Assembly: GCA_040285855.1 (NCBI GenBank)
Contig: JAUFOQ010000003.1
Coordinates: 2,170,001 to 2,234,000 of the forward strand
Direction of reading: 5' to 3'
DNA from: Eukaryota sp. GEM-RC1
Lineage: Eukaryota
DNA: 64,000 nt
Below the pieces are notes generated by a model. The model had not been told where the DNA came from, did not search any database, and was given only the letters and a program-made list of their open reading frames with translations. Below, one piece after another: positions 50,418-62,771 of the stretch; position 1 is the first letter of the stretch, and each line of letters opens with the position of its first letter. The position numbers were made by a program, and so were the translations under genes.

Positions 50418-52002
50418 ATGATTCTTCTAGAGCCCCCACTAAAGAGTTGTCGTTCATCAAATGATACTATATCAACTACTGGCGACGAAGTGCCTGTTAC
50501 TTCGTCTTCTTTAGTTTCCTCTTCTTCTCATATCTCCTCCCCACAACCTAACTCTGGTATACTATCCACTTTGTCATCTTCATTCCCTCATCAATCGAAG
50601 TGTATCCGTTTCCAGCAGTCTCTGATGATTTTCATCAATCTTCACCTACTGAACAGTCTAGTCAAGTCGTCATTACAAACAAATTACAGTGACCGCCTTA
50701 GTTCTCTTCCCAGGATGGGGAAGCAATTGTTGATTTTCTTCAAAAAGGTAGGCTATGTAAGCATTGGTTGCTTTAACTCTGCTTTACTGTCAACCCGAGT
50801 GTTTTTTCAAAGAAACACGCTTCATATCGCCCATAAAGCCCTTCCTCATGTAAATTCATTTGCTTCTCTTCTTGGAAGTAGATGAACCGTTTGTTTTCGT
50901 GCACGTAGACGGGACCTTTATTGTTGAAGAATTTCTGTGTTATTCTCATTTACTTTCAGGATTAGAGGTGACACTGAAGAACTTGACTGACTTGGAGTTT
51001 GTGGACAAGTCTTCTCATTACTTTCCCCATCTTAAACAATTTAAGGTGTATGTTCCTCCTAGTCCAATGAATGAACGTCATCTCTCTATTTCCTTGCCGT
51101 TGATTGAATTGCTGGAAGTTAATGATACAATTACAAGCCTTATTCTCACGAACAATTCTATTGATGATGAAGCTGCTAAAAGATTGTCAGACATATTAAA
51201 AGTTAATACTACGGTGAAAGGTGTCGGTCTATTTGCAAACGACATTGGATCTGAAGGAGCAAGAGCTTTGGCCACAGCGTTAATTGTTAATACTAAAGTG
51301 AAAGGCTTTAATCTAGGTTTTAATTGTGTTGGATCTGAAGGAGCAATAGCGTTGGCTGATGCGTTAAAAGTTAATACTACACTTACAAGTGTTAATCTGA
51401 TGAAGAACTCTATTGGATCTGAAGGAGCAATAGCGTTGGCTGATGCGTTAAAAGTTAATTCTACAGTTACAAGTTTAAATCTGAGTTTTAATTCTATTGG
51501 ATCTGAAGGAGCAAGAGTTTTGGCTGATGCGTTAAAAGTCAACAATACGGTGGCCAGAATTTATCTGGCGAACAACTCCATCAGAGCTGAAGGAGCAAGA
51601 GCTTTGGCAGAGGCGTTTAGAATTAATACTACAGTCACAGGAATTGATCTGAGTGGTAACTTTATTCAAGCTGAAGGTGCTAGAGCATTGTCAGAGGCGT
51701 TAAAAGTTAATGATACAGTCACAAGCGTTGATTTTAGTGGATGTTCTATTGTAGCTGATGGTGTTAGAGCTTTGGCAGAGGCGTTAAAAGTTAATGATAC
51801 AATCACAAGAGTTGATCTGAGTGCAAATCCTATAAGAGCTGAAGGAGCAATAGCATTGGCAGAGGCCTTAAAAATTAATACTAAAATTTCCTATGTTAAC
51901 GTGAAGAGCTCGCTCATTAGAGAGAGAGGTGCTAGAGCATTGTCAGAGGCGTTAAAAGTCAATAGTCAAGTAAAAATAGAGGGAATGGATCATCTTGATT
52001 AA
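50418..52002 (+). CDS. Ribonuclease-inhibitor-type (NLRC3-like) LRR protein; indel(s) in the 5' half
   Basis: About ten 28-aa repeats 'ALKVNTTVTSxxLxxNSIGSEGAxALA'. Confidence 0.85.
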
Positions 52003-52353
52003 TGGTTTTAATAGTATTCATAATTTTTGTAGTTCTCTGACATATTAAATGTTGTCAAAATCTTCTAAAACTAAAAACATGAAACAAAACACTATGAGTG
52101 GTGACAGTTGGATCATGCCATACAGTATTTATTAACAAAACACTCAAAAAGTAGTCCATCAATTCCAAAAGACTGTAGAAGAAGAAAACTCAACCAAAAA
52201 AAAATCAAAAGCGGTTCAAGACAATGTTTAAAACAAAACAGTGAAATATTACGAATCAATCTAGATAATTGAATCTGATAGTAGTCACGATCAATGTCTA
52301 GTCCGGGAGCAAACTCGCAGAAAATCAACGACAGAAAGAGAACCCAATAAAGC

Positions 52354-53205
52354 TCAATACTCTCCAAAGTTGACGTGACCGGTTTCCTTAGCATGGCTAA
52401 CAGCACCCTCTTGACCAACTAATGGCTGAGAACACTGTAAACATTTAAGAGTAAACTTCTTAACATTAACATAATCCCGTTTCAACTGCAGTTCTTTGGC
52501 TAATTCCAACGCCCTCTCCAAATGAATCTCATCAGTAGAATCAACCAAAGTATGCTGTTCATTAGCAGTCCTGAATGAAACAGCATCATAATGGATTCCT
52601 GAGTAAAGAAGAAACCCGGTCTTAGAACATCCTTCAACAGGATAACTATCAACTCTAAGAGTTTCTATATCTATGGCATTAATACATAGATTCAGAGCCC
52701 TACTGAGAAGAACTATTTCGACATATCCTCCCCATTGAACTGGATCCAATAGAGAACCGATATACTCTTGAAGAGGACGGCCTAGAGTAGCTTCGTCAAA
52801 GTCTTCAGAGTGAGACAGTAAATAGTCTACAGCTTTGTTTCTATACTCTGTAGCTTTGGAAGTGCGCTGGCCTTCTACAATGAATGCAATGGCATTGAAG
52901 AGGCAGGAGTTATCAGCATTAATATCAATCTTTAAAGCTTTGAGATTGGAGGTGGTATTAGGAGGTGATGATGATGATGGTGCAACAACTTCAATAGATA
53001 CTACTGATTGGTGAAAGGGTTTTAAAGAGACTGTTGGAGATAAATTAATAGACCTGGGAGGAAAGCCATGGAGAAGCCGAATTTTAGATTGTTGAAGATG
53101 AAGGTTTGCCTGAATCCATGAAAAAAGATCACCAATGGTAGAGTCATCTGAAAGTTGGACAGAAGAGGGCTTTTTGTTATAAATGAGTCTGATGTTGATC
53201 ATCAA
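52354..53205 (-). CDS. OTU1: OTU1/YOD1 deubiquitinase
   Basis: N-terminal UBX-like 'GFPPR', OTU 'ADNSCLFNA', 'WGG', 'YSGIHYD', C-terminal zinc finger 'CLQC...HAKETGHVNFGEY'. Confidence 0.93.
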   Translation of the reverse strand: MMINIRLIYNKKPSSVQLSDDSTIGDLFSWIQANLHLQQSKIRLLHGFPPRSINLSPTVSLKPFHQSVVSIEVVAPSSSSPPNTTSNLKALKIDINADNSCLFNAIAFIVEGQRTSKATEYRNKAVDYLLSHSEDFDEATLGRPLQEYIGSLLDPVQWGGYVEIVLLSRALNLCINAIDIETLRVDSYPVEGCSKTGFLLYSGIHYDAVSFRTANEQHTLVDSTDEIHLERALELAKELQLKRDYVNVKKFTLKCLQCSQPLVGQEGAVSHAKETGHVNFGEY

Positions 53206-53353
53206 GAAGAAAAAAGCATATTTAAGAGATACCCTCCTCCCAGATCCAAAGATCAGCCTTCACATCACTGAACGGGATTTGTTTAAAGTCTCTTCAATTT
53301 GGTCAGTGTAATACCATTTATCTCATAGATAAACTGAAGAACAATATAAAAAG

Positions 53354-53427
53354 TGCTCTGTACAGGGGTCGAACCTGTGACCTTGGCGTTATTAGCACCA
53401 CGCTCTAACCAACTGAGCTAACAGAGC
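53354..53427 (-). tRNA. tRNA-Ile (AAT)
   Basis: GCTCTGT TA GCTC AGTTGGTTA GAGC G TGGTG CT-AAT-AA CGCCA AGGTC ACAGG TTCGACC CCTGT ACAGAGC A folds into a complete cloverleaf. Confidence 0.95.
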
Positions 53428-53657
53428 TGGTTAAGAATTACCGGTAGCACTAGATTGTGCAATTGTATATTCGATATGGTCGATTCGTCGTTAAACAGAA
53501 GCATGTGGAGAACCCTGGATTTAAGGAAATAGATCATAGACTTGTACAAGCTGGTGTATTAAGACTGACATGGGTTGGTGTTGTTTCGTGGACAATGATT
53601 CAACTCCTTAGGTTAATGAATGCCGAGACATATTCACAAATCAATCATTAACTGTTT

Positions 53658-53706
53658 AAAAAAACGGCGTTTACGATCAATCAGTGAAATAAATGCATTG
53701 CATTAC
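53658..53706 (-). mobile_element. 49-bp extreme 5'-truncated non-LTR insertion with T7 tail and TSD
   Basis: Same 3' terminus as 21668, 44667 and 58492. Flanked by direct repeat AACTGTTT (53650-53657 and 53707-53714). Confidence 0.7.
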
Positions 53707-53798
53707 AACTGTTTGAACAACAGAGCAATAACTGTTGTGCTGTCACTTTGTCAGCAGACCAATTTTGATCTTTGACCAAAATAGGCATTTTCTTCTCA

Positions 53799-55589
53799 AT
53801 GACTGACCTCGAATCTCTCTGTAACTTTTATATTCAACATGAGACCAACTCTTCAATGAAAACAGAAATTGAAGACCTTGTCAAGGCTAATGCTTGGGAT
53901 GTCCTTCGATCCCGTATGACTCCTCGTCTTGCCTTTGGAACTGCTGGACTCCGAGGCAAAATGGAAGGTGGTTTCAACAGAATGAACAACCTTGTCATTA
54001 CTCAAACAACTCAAGGCCTTGTTGCTTATCTCGAACAAGTCTGTCCCGATCTGTTAAAAACTGGTGGAATCGTTCTAGGTTTCGATAGTCGATATCATTC
54101 TAACGATTTTGCTAGAGCTGCTGCTTCTGTAATTCTTGGTCGCGGATACCCTTGCAGAATACTTTCTGAGTTAGCCATCACTCCACTGATTCCTTTCGGT
54201 GTAGAAATGTACAAAGCTGCTGCTGGTATTATGGTAACCGCCTCTCACAATCCCAAGGAAGACAACGGTTACAAGGTTTACTGGAACAACGGCTGTCAGA
54301 TCATCCCACCTCACGATGTCAACATTCAGAATGCTATCAACCAGAATCTTGATCTTTGGGATACCAATCTTAGTCCTGATGCAGTTGCTGCTCATTCTCT
54401 GTATCATGATCCTTATCAAGAAATTGTTACAACCTATATGGGTGATATAACCAAGAACGTTTCCAAGACTCGTGACACAAATCTCATGAGCAAAGTTAAA
54501 GTCACATATACTGCTATGCATGGTACTGGCTACAAGTACGCCATTATGGCTGCTGAAGCTGCCAGTCTATGTCCACTTGTTCCTGTCATGTCACAAGTGC
54601 TCCCTGATCCAGATTTCCCCACTGTCAAGTTCCCTAACCCAGAAGAAGGTGAAGGAGCATTGTCAGAAGCAATGAAAACAGCTGAAGAGAATGGATCTGA
54701 AGTGATCTTTGCACATGATCCTGATGCTGATAGACTTGCAGTTGCTGAACGTGGTCACGACGGTTCCTGGAGAGTCTTCACTGGAAATGAAATTGGTAGT
54801 CTCTTAGGATGGTGGTTATATACTAACTGGAAGGAGTCAGTCTCACCTCAAAAGGTTTGCTCTTTGTTCTTTCTCACTTCAGTCTAATGCTAAAGCTGCC
54901 ATGTTAGCTTCAACTGTTTCCTCCAAGTTCTTAGGATCTATGGCTAAAAAGGAAGGTTTCCTATTTGATGAGACTTTGACTGGGTTCAAGTGGCTTGGTC
55001 ATCGAATCATTGAGCTGGAAAACCAAGGTTATGACGTTCTTCTGTCCTATGAACAAGCCATTGGTTTTGCTTGCGGATCTGTCAAGGATAAGGACGGTGT
55101 TTCAGCTCTTGTTGTGTTCAATGAGTTGGTCAACCATTTGGCTAACAAGGATATCAAGTTGGCTGAGCATTTGACTACTTTATACGAGGCTTATGGGTAT
55201 TTCGTGTCAAAGGACGGTTATTATATCTGTGAAGATCAAAAGATCATTGATGAAATATTTGCCAGAATCAGAAATGATGGAAAATATCTTGAACTTGAAG
55301 GTTATGAAATCGAAAGAATCCGTGATTTGACTTCACCTGGTTTAGACACTGCTTTTGAGGACAAAAGCCACGTCTTCCCACTTCTTCTAGTCACATGATC
55401 ACTTGGACTTTCAAGAATGGAGCTGTAGTTACTCTTCGAACTTCTGGTACTGAGCCTAAAGTGAAGTATTATAGTGAGTTGTCTGCTGATACTGCTGAGG
55501 AAGCAAAACAAAAGTTGACTGAGATGATTGAAAAGTTATTAGAACATTGGATTCAACCTGGAAAATATAATTTAGCTAGAACTGAATAA
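53799..55589 (+). CDS. PGM2: Phosphoglucomutase-2 / phosphopentomutase; intron at 54855-54882; indel at ~55365
   Basis: Motifs FGTAGLRG, TASHNP, DPDADR, TLTGFKW, KDGVSA and LRTSGTEPKVKYY. Confidence 0.93.
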
Positions 55590-55929
55590 ATTATTGATTT
55601 TGTAGATATTGTAGATCTGACATTGTAGACGTTCATGATTTGATATTTTTTGATCTAAATTGTTAGTAACTAGCAGGCTTGTAAAAAACGTTGTTCAAAA
55701 ATTAATTAAAGTGAATTCACAAAAAACGTTTTAAACGGTTTTTATTAACTGACAAGTCTGGTAACTAGTCTAGAAGGGAAAAACACGGTGATATTTCCAA
55801 CATTGCGCAGCTATTACAAAGCAAAGCATACAAAATTTCAGTAAGAAAACAGAAATTCTAAGTACAATAAACAACTTCATGATAAGTAAAAATCGCCTTA
55901 TATTTGCAATTGCAAACAAAGAATATCAT

Positions 55930-56470
55930 CAATATTAACAAAGGAGATACCAATACCTCTAAATCATCTCAAATTCATGTCTCAATGCAAAGAGACGGTT
56001 CAAAATCGAATCAAAATACCAAAGCATTGTTTCGTAACCGGAGGTAAGAAGAGGGAAAAAACAAGATTCTTCTCTGATAACTTTCATTAAAATCCGTTCC
56101 ATACTGCTTACACAATTTGCCGCAAAGATGTGAGAATTTTTTGTCCGAAAAAGCCAAATGTTCCGTAAAGAGAAAGAGCAAAAGAATGGAAAACAAAACG
56201 GATTAAGTCGATGAGAATTCATCATGGTAAATAATTCACCACAACGATCTAATTTTATCGTTTCAGCAGTGCCAAGAGCTGAATAATTTTCGTCTAAAAT
56301 TTTGTTAACCGAAGTTCAGTTACAAGGATCAACCGTTGTAAAGTCCATAATTATTTCCTGAGAGGACAACCAAGGACCAATCAGATCACCTCTACTCTTA
56401 TCTCTAATAATTGACTCCGACAACGTGTTCCATTTTTCCATGAAAACCAATGCTTTTAAACAATTCTAAA
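55930..56470 (-). mobile_element. RLE non-LTR 3' fragment (degenerate)
   Basis: 'RGDLIGPWLSSQEIIMDFTTVDPC...AETIKL...PFCFPF'. Confidence 0.6.
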
Positions 56471-56558
56471 CATTATAAGTTGAACCAGATAATCGATCTA
56501 GATATTGAGGTCAGCAATAAAGGATTCCTTGTCAATGCCTGGGGGACAGTGTGAGTGC

Positions 56559-56830
56559 ATCATTCATTGGAATTGTTCAAGACCTTCGAAGATTTTGGTT
56601 TCCGATACTTTACTCAATAACAGCTCTTGTGTTTCTGTGTCAATTGAGTTGTCTCTAACATCAATAACACCTACGGATAAATTATTTGTTGATGTTGCTG
56701 CAATTGCAATGGCTCCCTCATTCACAATAGAATTGTTCTCAAGATTGATAATCCTAACAGATGAATTGACCTTTAAAGCCTCTGCAAGCGCAAAAGCACT
56801 TCAGGACCAATAGAGTTACTTTGAAGACTG
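56559..56830 (-). pseudogene. 3' remnant of an RI-type LRR gene
   Basis: Minus strand reads 'LAEALKVNSSVRIINLENNSIVNEGAIAIAA...IDVRDNSID', the same repeat as 50860-52002, but with no intact 5' part. Confidence 0.55.
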
Positions 56831-56999
56831 ACATTAACAACCCTGTTTTCCGTGATTTCTTCACAAATTCTTAAACTTAGAACTTAACCTATCCCAGTCA
56901 ATAGTGTGTCTCTTTTCTTCTACTACAGACTTATAGTAGTTGTAACTCTTTCTACTTTCCACTAGTTTCTCGTGGAGAGTGTCATTGGTAGTAGAATCT

Positions 57000-57626
57000 A
57001 TAGATTTTAGAATTCTGATTTAACTAAGGAAATGATGAAGCTTTGTTTTCAGTAGCAATCTGACACATAGAAACTTACATCTGACGATAACTCTTCCACC
57101 ATCAAATGCACAACTGTCAACAAAACGACAAAGTTGCTGAAGAATGTCTAAACACAGGGTATTTGATTGGGAAATGTAGCACATACTTTTGGGACAAACA
57201 TTGTGATCAAGAAAACTACAAAGAAAATGGTGAGACCACTAACATGAATGCCCATGAGAAACACGCACAAACTAACACCAATAGCTTTTACAGTCATAAA
57301 GGTGTCATTAAATGTGAAGATCTTCCACCCTAATTGACAAACACGATTGGTCAGTGGTAGAACACCAAGAAGAAAGTGGTGAAGAGATTCAGAAGAGATT
57401 GTTTTCTGGGAATGATCATTGATTGGGGAGGTTCGACTTCTAATTAGACCAGGAAAAGTCCGTTTCTTAAGATGGCCTAGAACAAGATACACAAAGCTCA
57501 TCACAGATGAAATGCTGATGATAGACGCACCTCCTAATTTCCACAACAAATAGACAGCACAGCCAACGAGAACAGCAAGTCCTGAAACGAGAGGTTTGGA
57601 CGATCAAAGATTGTTGAAGGCATGTT
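57000..57626 (-). CDS. Reticulon-like ER membrane protein (frameshifted; ends approximate)
   Basis: Two long hydrophobic segments separated by a ~60-aa loop, ending 'GLTIFFVVFLITMFVPKV', consistent with a reticulon homology domain. Confidence 0.45.
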
Positions 57627-57739
57627 CATTCGAGTTTTTGTCATTTCTTCTTTCTCTTTCCAATATGTGGGTGAACAGTAATCAGTTTATTCATATACGA
57701 TCAATCGTTAACAACAGTTTGGGTGATCAAATTCATGTG

Positions 57740-58400
57740 CATCAGTTACTGTCATCCTGTATGTTTCTCTCCTTCTGGTTCTTCTTTCAATTGGTACCTT
57801 GCTCTTTGTTTACTCGTTTAATATTCAAAATGACCATCAATCACCTTCTTTTGTCGAACTATTTTCAATTTTCAAAGATCTATGCTCTCTTTTCGTCAGT
57901 GACTTAGCTCATCTTCCCAGAGTCTACTCCTTTATTAACACAAAAGATCCTTTCTTTTACCATGAGCTTAGATTACTTGAAAACTCCCTTCAACGCCGTG
58001 TTTTGCTCACAGAATTACCTTCTAGACCTCAGTTATCGAATGAATTAAAGGAGAAGATTGCTTTGTTGTCAGATTCTAGATCCTGGCTCGAACATTTCAA
58101 TTCGATAAGTTTGTTTTTAACTTGTAATGCTTTAAATGCTTCGGTTTGTGAGCTGACTTTGAGTATGATTTGTTGACTGAAGTAGGGTTTGTTGCTGATT
58201 CTGTTGCTTTTCCAGACAGTAACTGGTATTCCACGCCTGAAAATGATTTACAGTTATCCAATCAAGAAATTTCACTAGAGATGGTTTGTTAGTCTTTTTG
58301 CACCATATATACATCCATTAGTAGAGCGTAGAGCTCTTGAAAAAACGACAAGAGTCGCTATGAAGATCGCAAGAAAGTGCAGTAATACTAAAACAACTTA
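57740..58400 (+). CDS. Hypothetical protein (frameshifted; ends approximate)
   Basis: A 125-aa ORF at 57799-58176 with coding-like composition continuing in another frame. No recognised domain. Confidence 0.3.
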
Positions 58401-58491
58401 GAAAATCAAAGTTCTGGTTTTGGTAGTTCGGATCAAAACAGTCTGACCCATTAGGTTCTATAAGATTACAAGTTAATTAGTAGTTACCTTA

Positions 58492-58801
58492 AGCCGGGGT
58501 TTATGTCAATCAGTGAAAGAAATGCTTTTGCACAAAACAATAACTAACAGACCCTAATTAAAGTATCTAAACTATCCTTCTGTCCATCACCCAACAACTT
58601 ACCTAAAATTGAATTAAAACTTATGTGCATTGAACGAAACAACGCAAATGTTAACCTACTCAACCAGAAATTTTCATTGAAAACTTTACCATACTCAGAA
58701 CACAATTTACCAAAGGAAGTTAAAAAACATTGTGCAGCTGGTCCAACATTACCGTGTATCAACATCCGAAACGGTTGAAACACAAAAGAATTATCCCTAT
58801 G
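58492..58801 (-). mobile_element. 5'-truncated RLE non-LTR insertion with 12-bp TSD
   Basis: ORF end 'FQPFRMLIHGNVGPAA...FWLSRLTF'. Flanked by GTAGTTACCTTA at 58480-58491 and 58802-58813. Confidence 0.85.
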
Positions 58802-58836
58802 GTAGTTACCTTAGATCTGGTATCATTACTGGAAAT

Positions 58837-58929
58837 GCGACGGTAGTTCAGTGGGAGAACGCTATACTTCTTATTTGAACAACTATTCGGATTCTCATAG
58901 TGACCGTGGTTCGATTCCATGTCGTTGCA
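58837..58929 (+). tRNA. tRNA-like gene (Gly-type body) with a 22-nt insert in the anticodon arm; isotype unresolved, possibly a pseudogene
   Basis: Acceptor GCGACGG/TCGTTGC-A, D arm GTTC-AGTGGGA-GAAC, T arm CGTGG-TTCGATT-CCATG, 4-nt variable loop. The anticodon stem CTATA/CATAG encloses 29 nt. Confidence 0.6.
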
Positions 58930-59375
58930 TCTTTGTCCTAGGCAACTACATTTGTGTAAGTATTCACCAACATATTGACGTTGATTTTTCAGTCAACAGC
59001 AATTCTTGTACAACAAATTTCTAGCCTTAGTATTCTCTATAAGCAAAGAGCTGCTGTGAGGCTGAAGGGAACCTGTTGTTTGAAACACTCTTTAAAATAC
59101 ATTTTCGTGGTAATCGGTTTTCAAACAATCCATTTTTCTTCTTCCCCACATCTACCATGTGAAATGATTTTGGACTAAAAATAATGTGGGAGACTCATCA
59201 TTGATGAGTCATCAATCACTGTGAATTACTTCTTCTTATATTTTAAGGCGATATCCCAAGCATTCTCTCAAGATAACTGTCTCTAATTAATTATCCCCGT
59301 AAAAATATATCATATGTCAAAAAAAGCCAATTTAGAAATATGTACTTTTATTTTAACAGATTTAGTAGCTGGAAC

Positions 59376-59933
59376 CACGAAACGCCAATGTTCCGTACCG
59401 CGGCGATTTTAGGCGTACCCGTACTGTGCATCGACCAACTAGAATTATTACTATTGTGAACATGATAGTTCCAATGTGAGATTTTAACAGTTACCATCGT
59501 CATACATTCTACCGTTAAACATAGCTCATGATGTCAAGATCACGATCGGCACACTTATTCAAATTTGGGGAACATCATTTGCGGACCCCAACTGTCCCAA
59601 TATGACAATGGTAACGAAGAATCGCATGAAATCAACAATAGTAGCGTCATCGACTCACAATGCATTTAACGAGTGACGGATACGAGATTTAACAATGATA
59701 AAGGGCCCAAAAACCCAGAGAGTGTATTTCTAGACGATTAGAAGATGCAGAACCAAATTTTAATAGTCCAGTGTTTGACGAGGCAATGAATCGCCACTCC
59801 AAAAAATAGTATTGTACATACAATTCGATCATTCATAAACAGTGCTTGTTATAAAATCAAATGACATCGGCACGTACCGATCCGTACCGTACATACGGTA
59901 CGGACAATACGTACCAAAGATTTGAGCACATTG
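59376..59933. mobile_element. Probable hAT-type MITE (left end altered)
   Basis: CAATGT.../...ACATTG ends, subterminal CGTAC/GTACG repeats at both ends, and direct repeat GCTGGAAC at 59368-59375 and 59934-59941 (10 extra nt on the left). Confidence 0.55.
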
Positions 59934-59959
59934 GCTGGAACCATTATGTTTTTAAACTA

Positions 59960-62720
59960 TTTTCATTAATCTAGATGGAACAAAAACACTAAGATAAACA
60001 CAAATACTAGAACTCAATATCATTAAAGCAACAACCATTGCCATTTCAACTCTCATCAGCTTTTTCTTCGTAAAAAACACTGAGAGCTAATAGAGCTTTT
60101 GAAATCATGATAGGAATTGTTTTAAATATGGTAAAAACAATACGTGTTAACCAAAACTTGAAATCAAATCTCTTGTTCATTTTTTTGACAACTTTCTCAA
60201 AATCAGAGAGAAAACAAAGAGCATCTCTATAATACCTAAAGGTGCAAAGGGGAAGGTAAAAGGATGTTTATAAATCAAATTATACGTACTAGTAACACTT
60301 CACTAACACCTGTGGCTAACATTACCTCTTCTCTCTTCTTGAGCTCCTTGTCCTCTTAGCTACAGGTGACTTAACTACAGACGATGACTTTGGAATACTC
60401 ATACTACTTGAGGTACGTTTAAGCTTAGTGGGTTTACTCTTAGCTACGTTTCTACTATTACAAAATAAATCTACATTTTCTAATTTTACAAATTCACTAT
60501 ACGCCTTGGTGTTCTTGATGTCCTTGGTGGGAACTGATGAAGTATCACCACCAAACCAAAGTACAGTACAATGTTCACCATCGGGTGTATTGAACCTATC
60601 TAGGATCTTAACCACGATGTGTTCTTCAGAATCCCCAGAAGCAATTGCTCTGTGGAGATCATGATCAGCAGGTAGATCTGATTCATTGATCTGACTCGAA
60701 TCAATTGAGACAACTAAATAAGGTCCAGTGTATCGGGAGTACCAATTGGGAACCACCAATTCCAGAAAAAGGTTGAACAGGGACAGAGTCAACATCTTGT
60801 GGTGAAGTTGACAAACTATCCAGAACTCTTGTCGCCGCAGGTAAATGACTATACTGATGACCAGTAGGGAGCCATTCGGTACTTACAGATACGTTGTGAT
60901 ATAACTTGCGTTTATTGTTCAACGAATGTAAGTACCAGGCGGAGAATTCATATGAAACTGACTGACCATCAGCACTGAATATCTGGACTAAAGGTTCAAT
61001 GATGATACCATGTCTAGGATCCCAAGAGTAGGTGGAAGGAAACCTATAAGTATCACCAGCTCTACTATCATATAAGTCACCCAAAAACTGTTTTATGGCT
61101 TGAGGAGACGTGCCAGGAGGAACATTTTTCAGCAAGTAATGTCTTCCAGCAGGCATTCTATGACGCAAAGTGGGATGCCAGGGAGCAAATTTGGCAAGAT
61201 GCCACAAGTCGTAGTCAGAGATGGAGACACTCTGATCGTACGGACTTACAAACGGGATGAGATCGTTGGGAACTGCATCTCTATGAGGTCTAGACACATA
61301 ACCGGTTTGTTGTTCTACAGCTAGAGCTCTCTCAGTCATGGAAAGATTGGCTGTTTTTTGCTGTTGCTCCAGAAGCTGTCGTTTTGCTTCTTCTGCCCCT
61401 GGTCTTATGCTGAGCTAGGACTGTTTGAAGTTGCCTAAGGCTCTCTTCAACCTCTCTAGACAGAGGAACTGAAGGATCAACGTTATCTTTATGTAATAAA
61501 CTACTAACTAACAAGGAAGAATCAGAAACATGATGAGAGGGCAATGATGTTGGCTGAACTACAGACGAAGTAGTATTACCCACAACATTGTCTCCCGGAG
61601 TACTTGTGGTATCTGAAGAGACAACGGGAACTCCGTATTTCTCCAGGACCTTCTTGATTCCAAGAGGATCTTCCTGTTCTGGTCCAATGGATGACTCCAA
61701 AGGACCAGGGTTGCCGCCAGACTCCGTAGAGCCCAAGGGTCTTATACCAGTCGTTTCGCCGGCTTCCGAAGAAGCCAAGGAACTTCCATCAACGTTTGAA
61801 GATGGGCTCTCGTGTGAGGAGAGTTCGGACACAAAGTCCTCTTCATCTACTGAGGATTCAGTAGGCACTTCGATCGGGGTGGCAGAGCTCTTCGATACTC
61901 TGGTCTTTTGACAGACCTACTTGGCTGTCTGCGGTTAGTAACTCCTTTTTAGGAGCAGCTGTAGTAAGATTCCTCTTTTTTACCATGAGGATAATAATTA
62001 TTAATACCTAAAGGTGCAAAGGGGAGGGTAAAAGGATGTTTATAAATCAAATTATACGTACTAGTAACACTTCACTAACACCTGTGGCTAACATCTACCA
62101 AGTTGACCATAAATTGAAATTGCAAAAGGACATAATTTGTACTCAACATGTCTAATATGTTTGAGAGCAGTCAATGGTTCATCATATTTGTTTCTCTTGT
62201 ATTGTTCGGAAAAATCCAGTGGAAAAACTTCACTTTCAGCATCCTTGAATGCACTTTTTTTGCAAACATCCACAGTAATCACATCAACAACCGTTAGTTC
62301 ATCATTGACTGATGGAACTATGACGTCAGCTCTTCTTTTACCAAAAGTCTTATCAGAATCACTATTTTTGAAATTATTGAATTCCAGTGATCTCAGGCTC
62401 AACGAAAGATTCTATTTTGTAGGACTTACACATGGCATGAATTTGATCTCTGGCAGCATCAGGAATACAAGTTCTATAAGTAATGAAACGATTGCAACTC
62501 AAAAGGTGAGAAAAAGTATCTAATTTACCACATTACATTGAAGATCATTAGGTAAATTAGAGGGCCACATGAAACATCGAAGCCTGAATGTTGTAGTCCA
62601 TTGATGATCATTCAACAACAAACCATAAGTCTGAGGATTTTGGTTAATCAAAGCAACTGAAGAACTGTCCTTCGAATCAATTAATAATTTTTCGAACACT
62701 GAGAGATGAAATTTTCACTA
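59960..62720 (-). mobile_element. RLE non-LTR 3' fragment interrupted by an LTR element
   Basis: 'KRRADVIVP...VVDVITVDVC...EQYKRNKY...CPFAISIYGQLGR|DALCFLSDFEK...FWLTRIVF'. The frame is restored exactly when 60230-62093 plus one TSD is removed. Confidence 0.85.
60230..62093 (-). mobile_element. Non-autonomous Ty3/Gypsy chromovirus-like LTR element (1864 bp)
   Basis: 92-bp LTRs at 60230-60321 and 62002-62093 (1 mismatch), termini TG...TA, 4-bp TSD TCTA, polypurine tract AAGAAGAGAGAAGAGG just before the 3' LTR. Last ORF has the integrase GPY/F motif (RYTGPYLV) and a chromodomain-like 'EHIVVKILD...TVLW'. No RT, RNase H or integrase core is visible. Confidence 0.9.
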
Positions 62721-62771
62721 GAGATGTTGTTACATCTAACCGATATTTTAATCGTTTTTCTTCTCTTACTA

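Noticed and set aside
51120..51960. CRISPR-like regularly spaced repeats
   Set aside because: The 84-bp periodicity is the 28-aa LRR coding repeat, and there are no cas genes.
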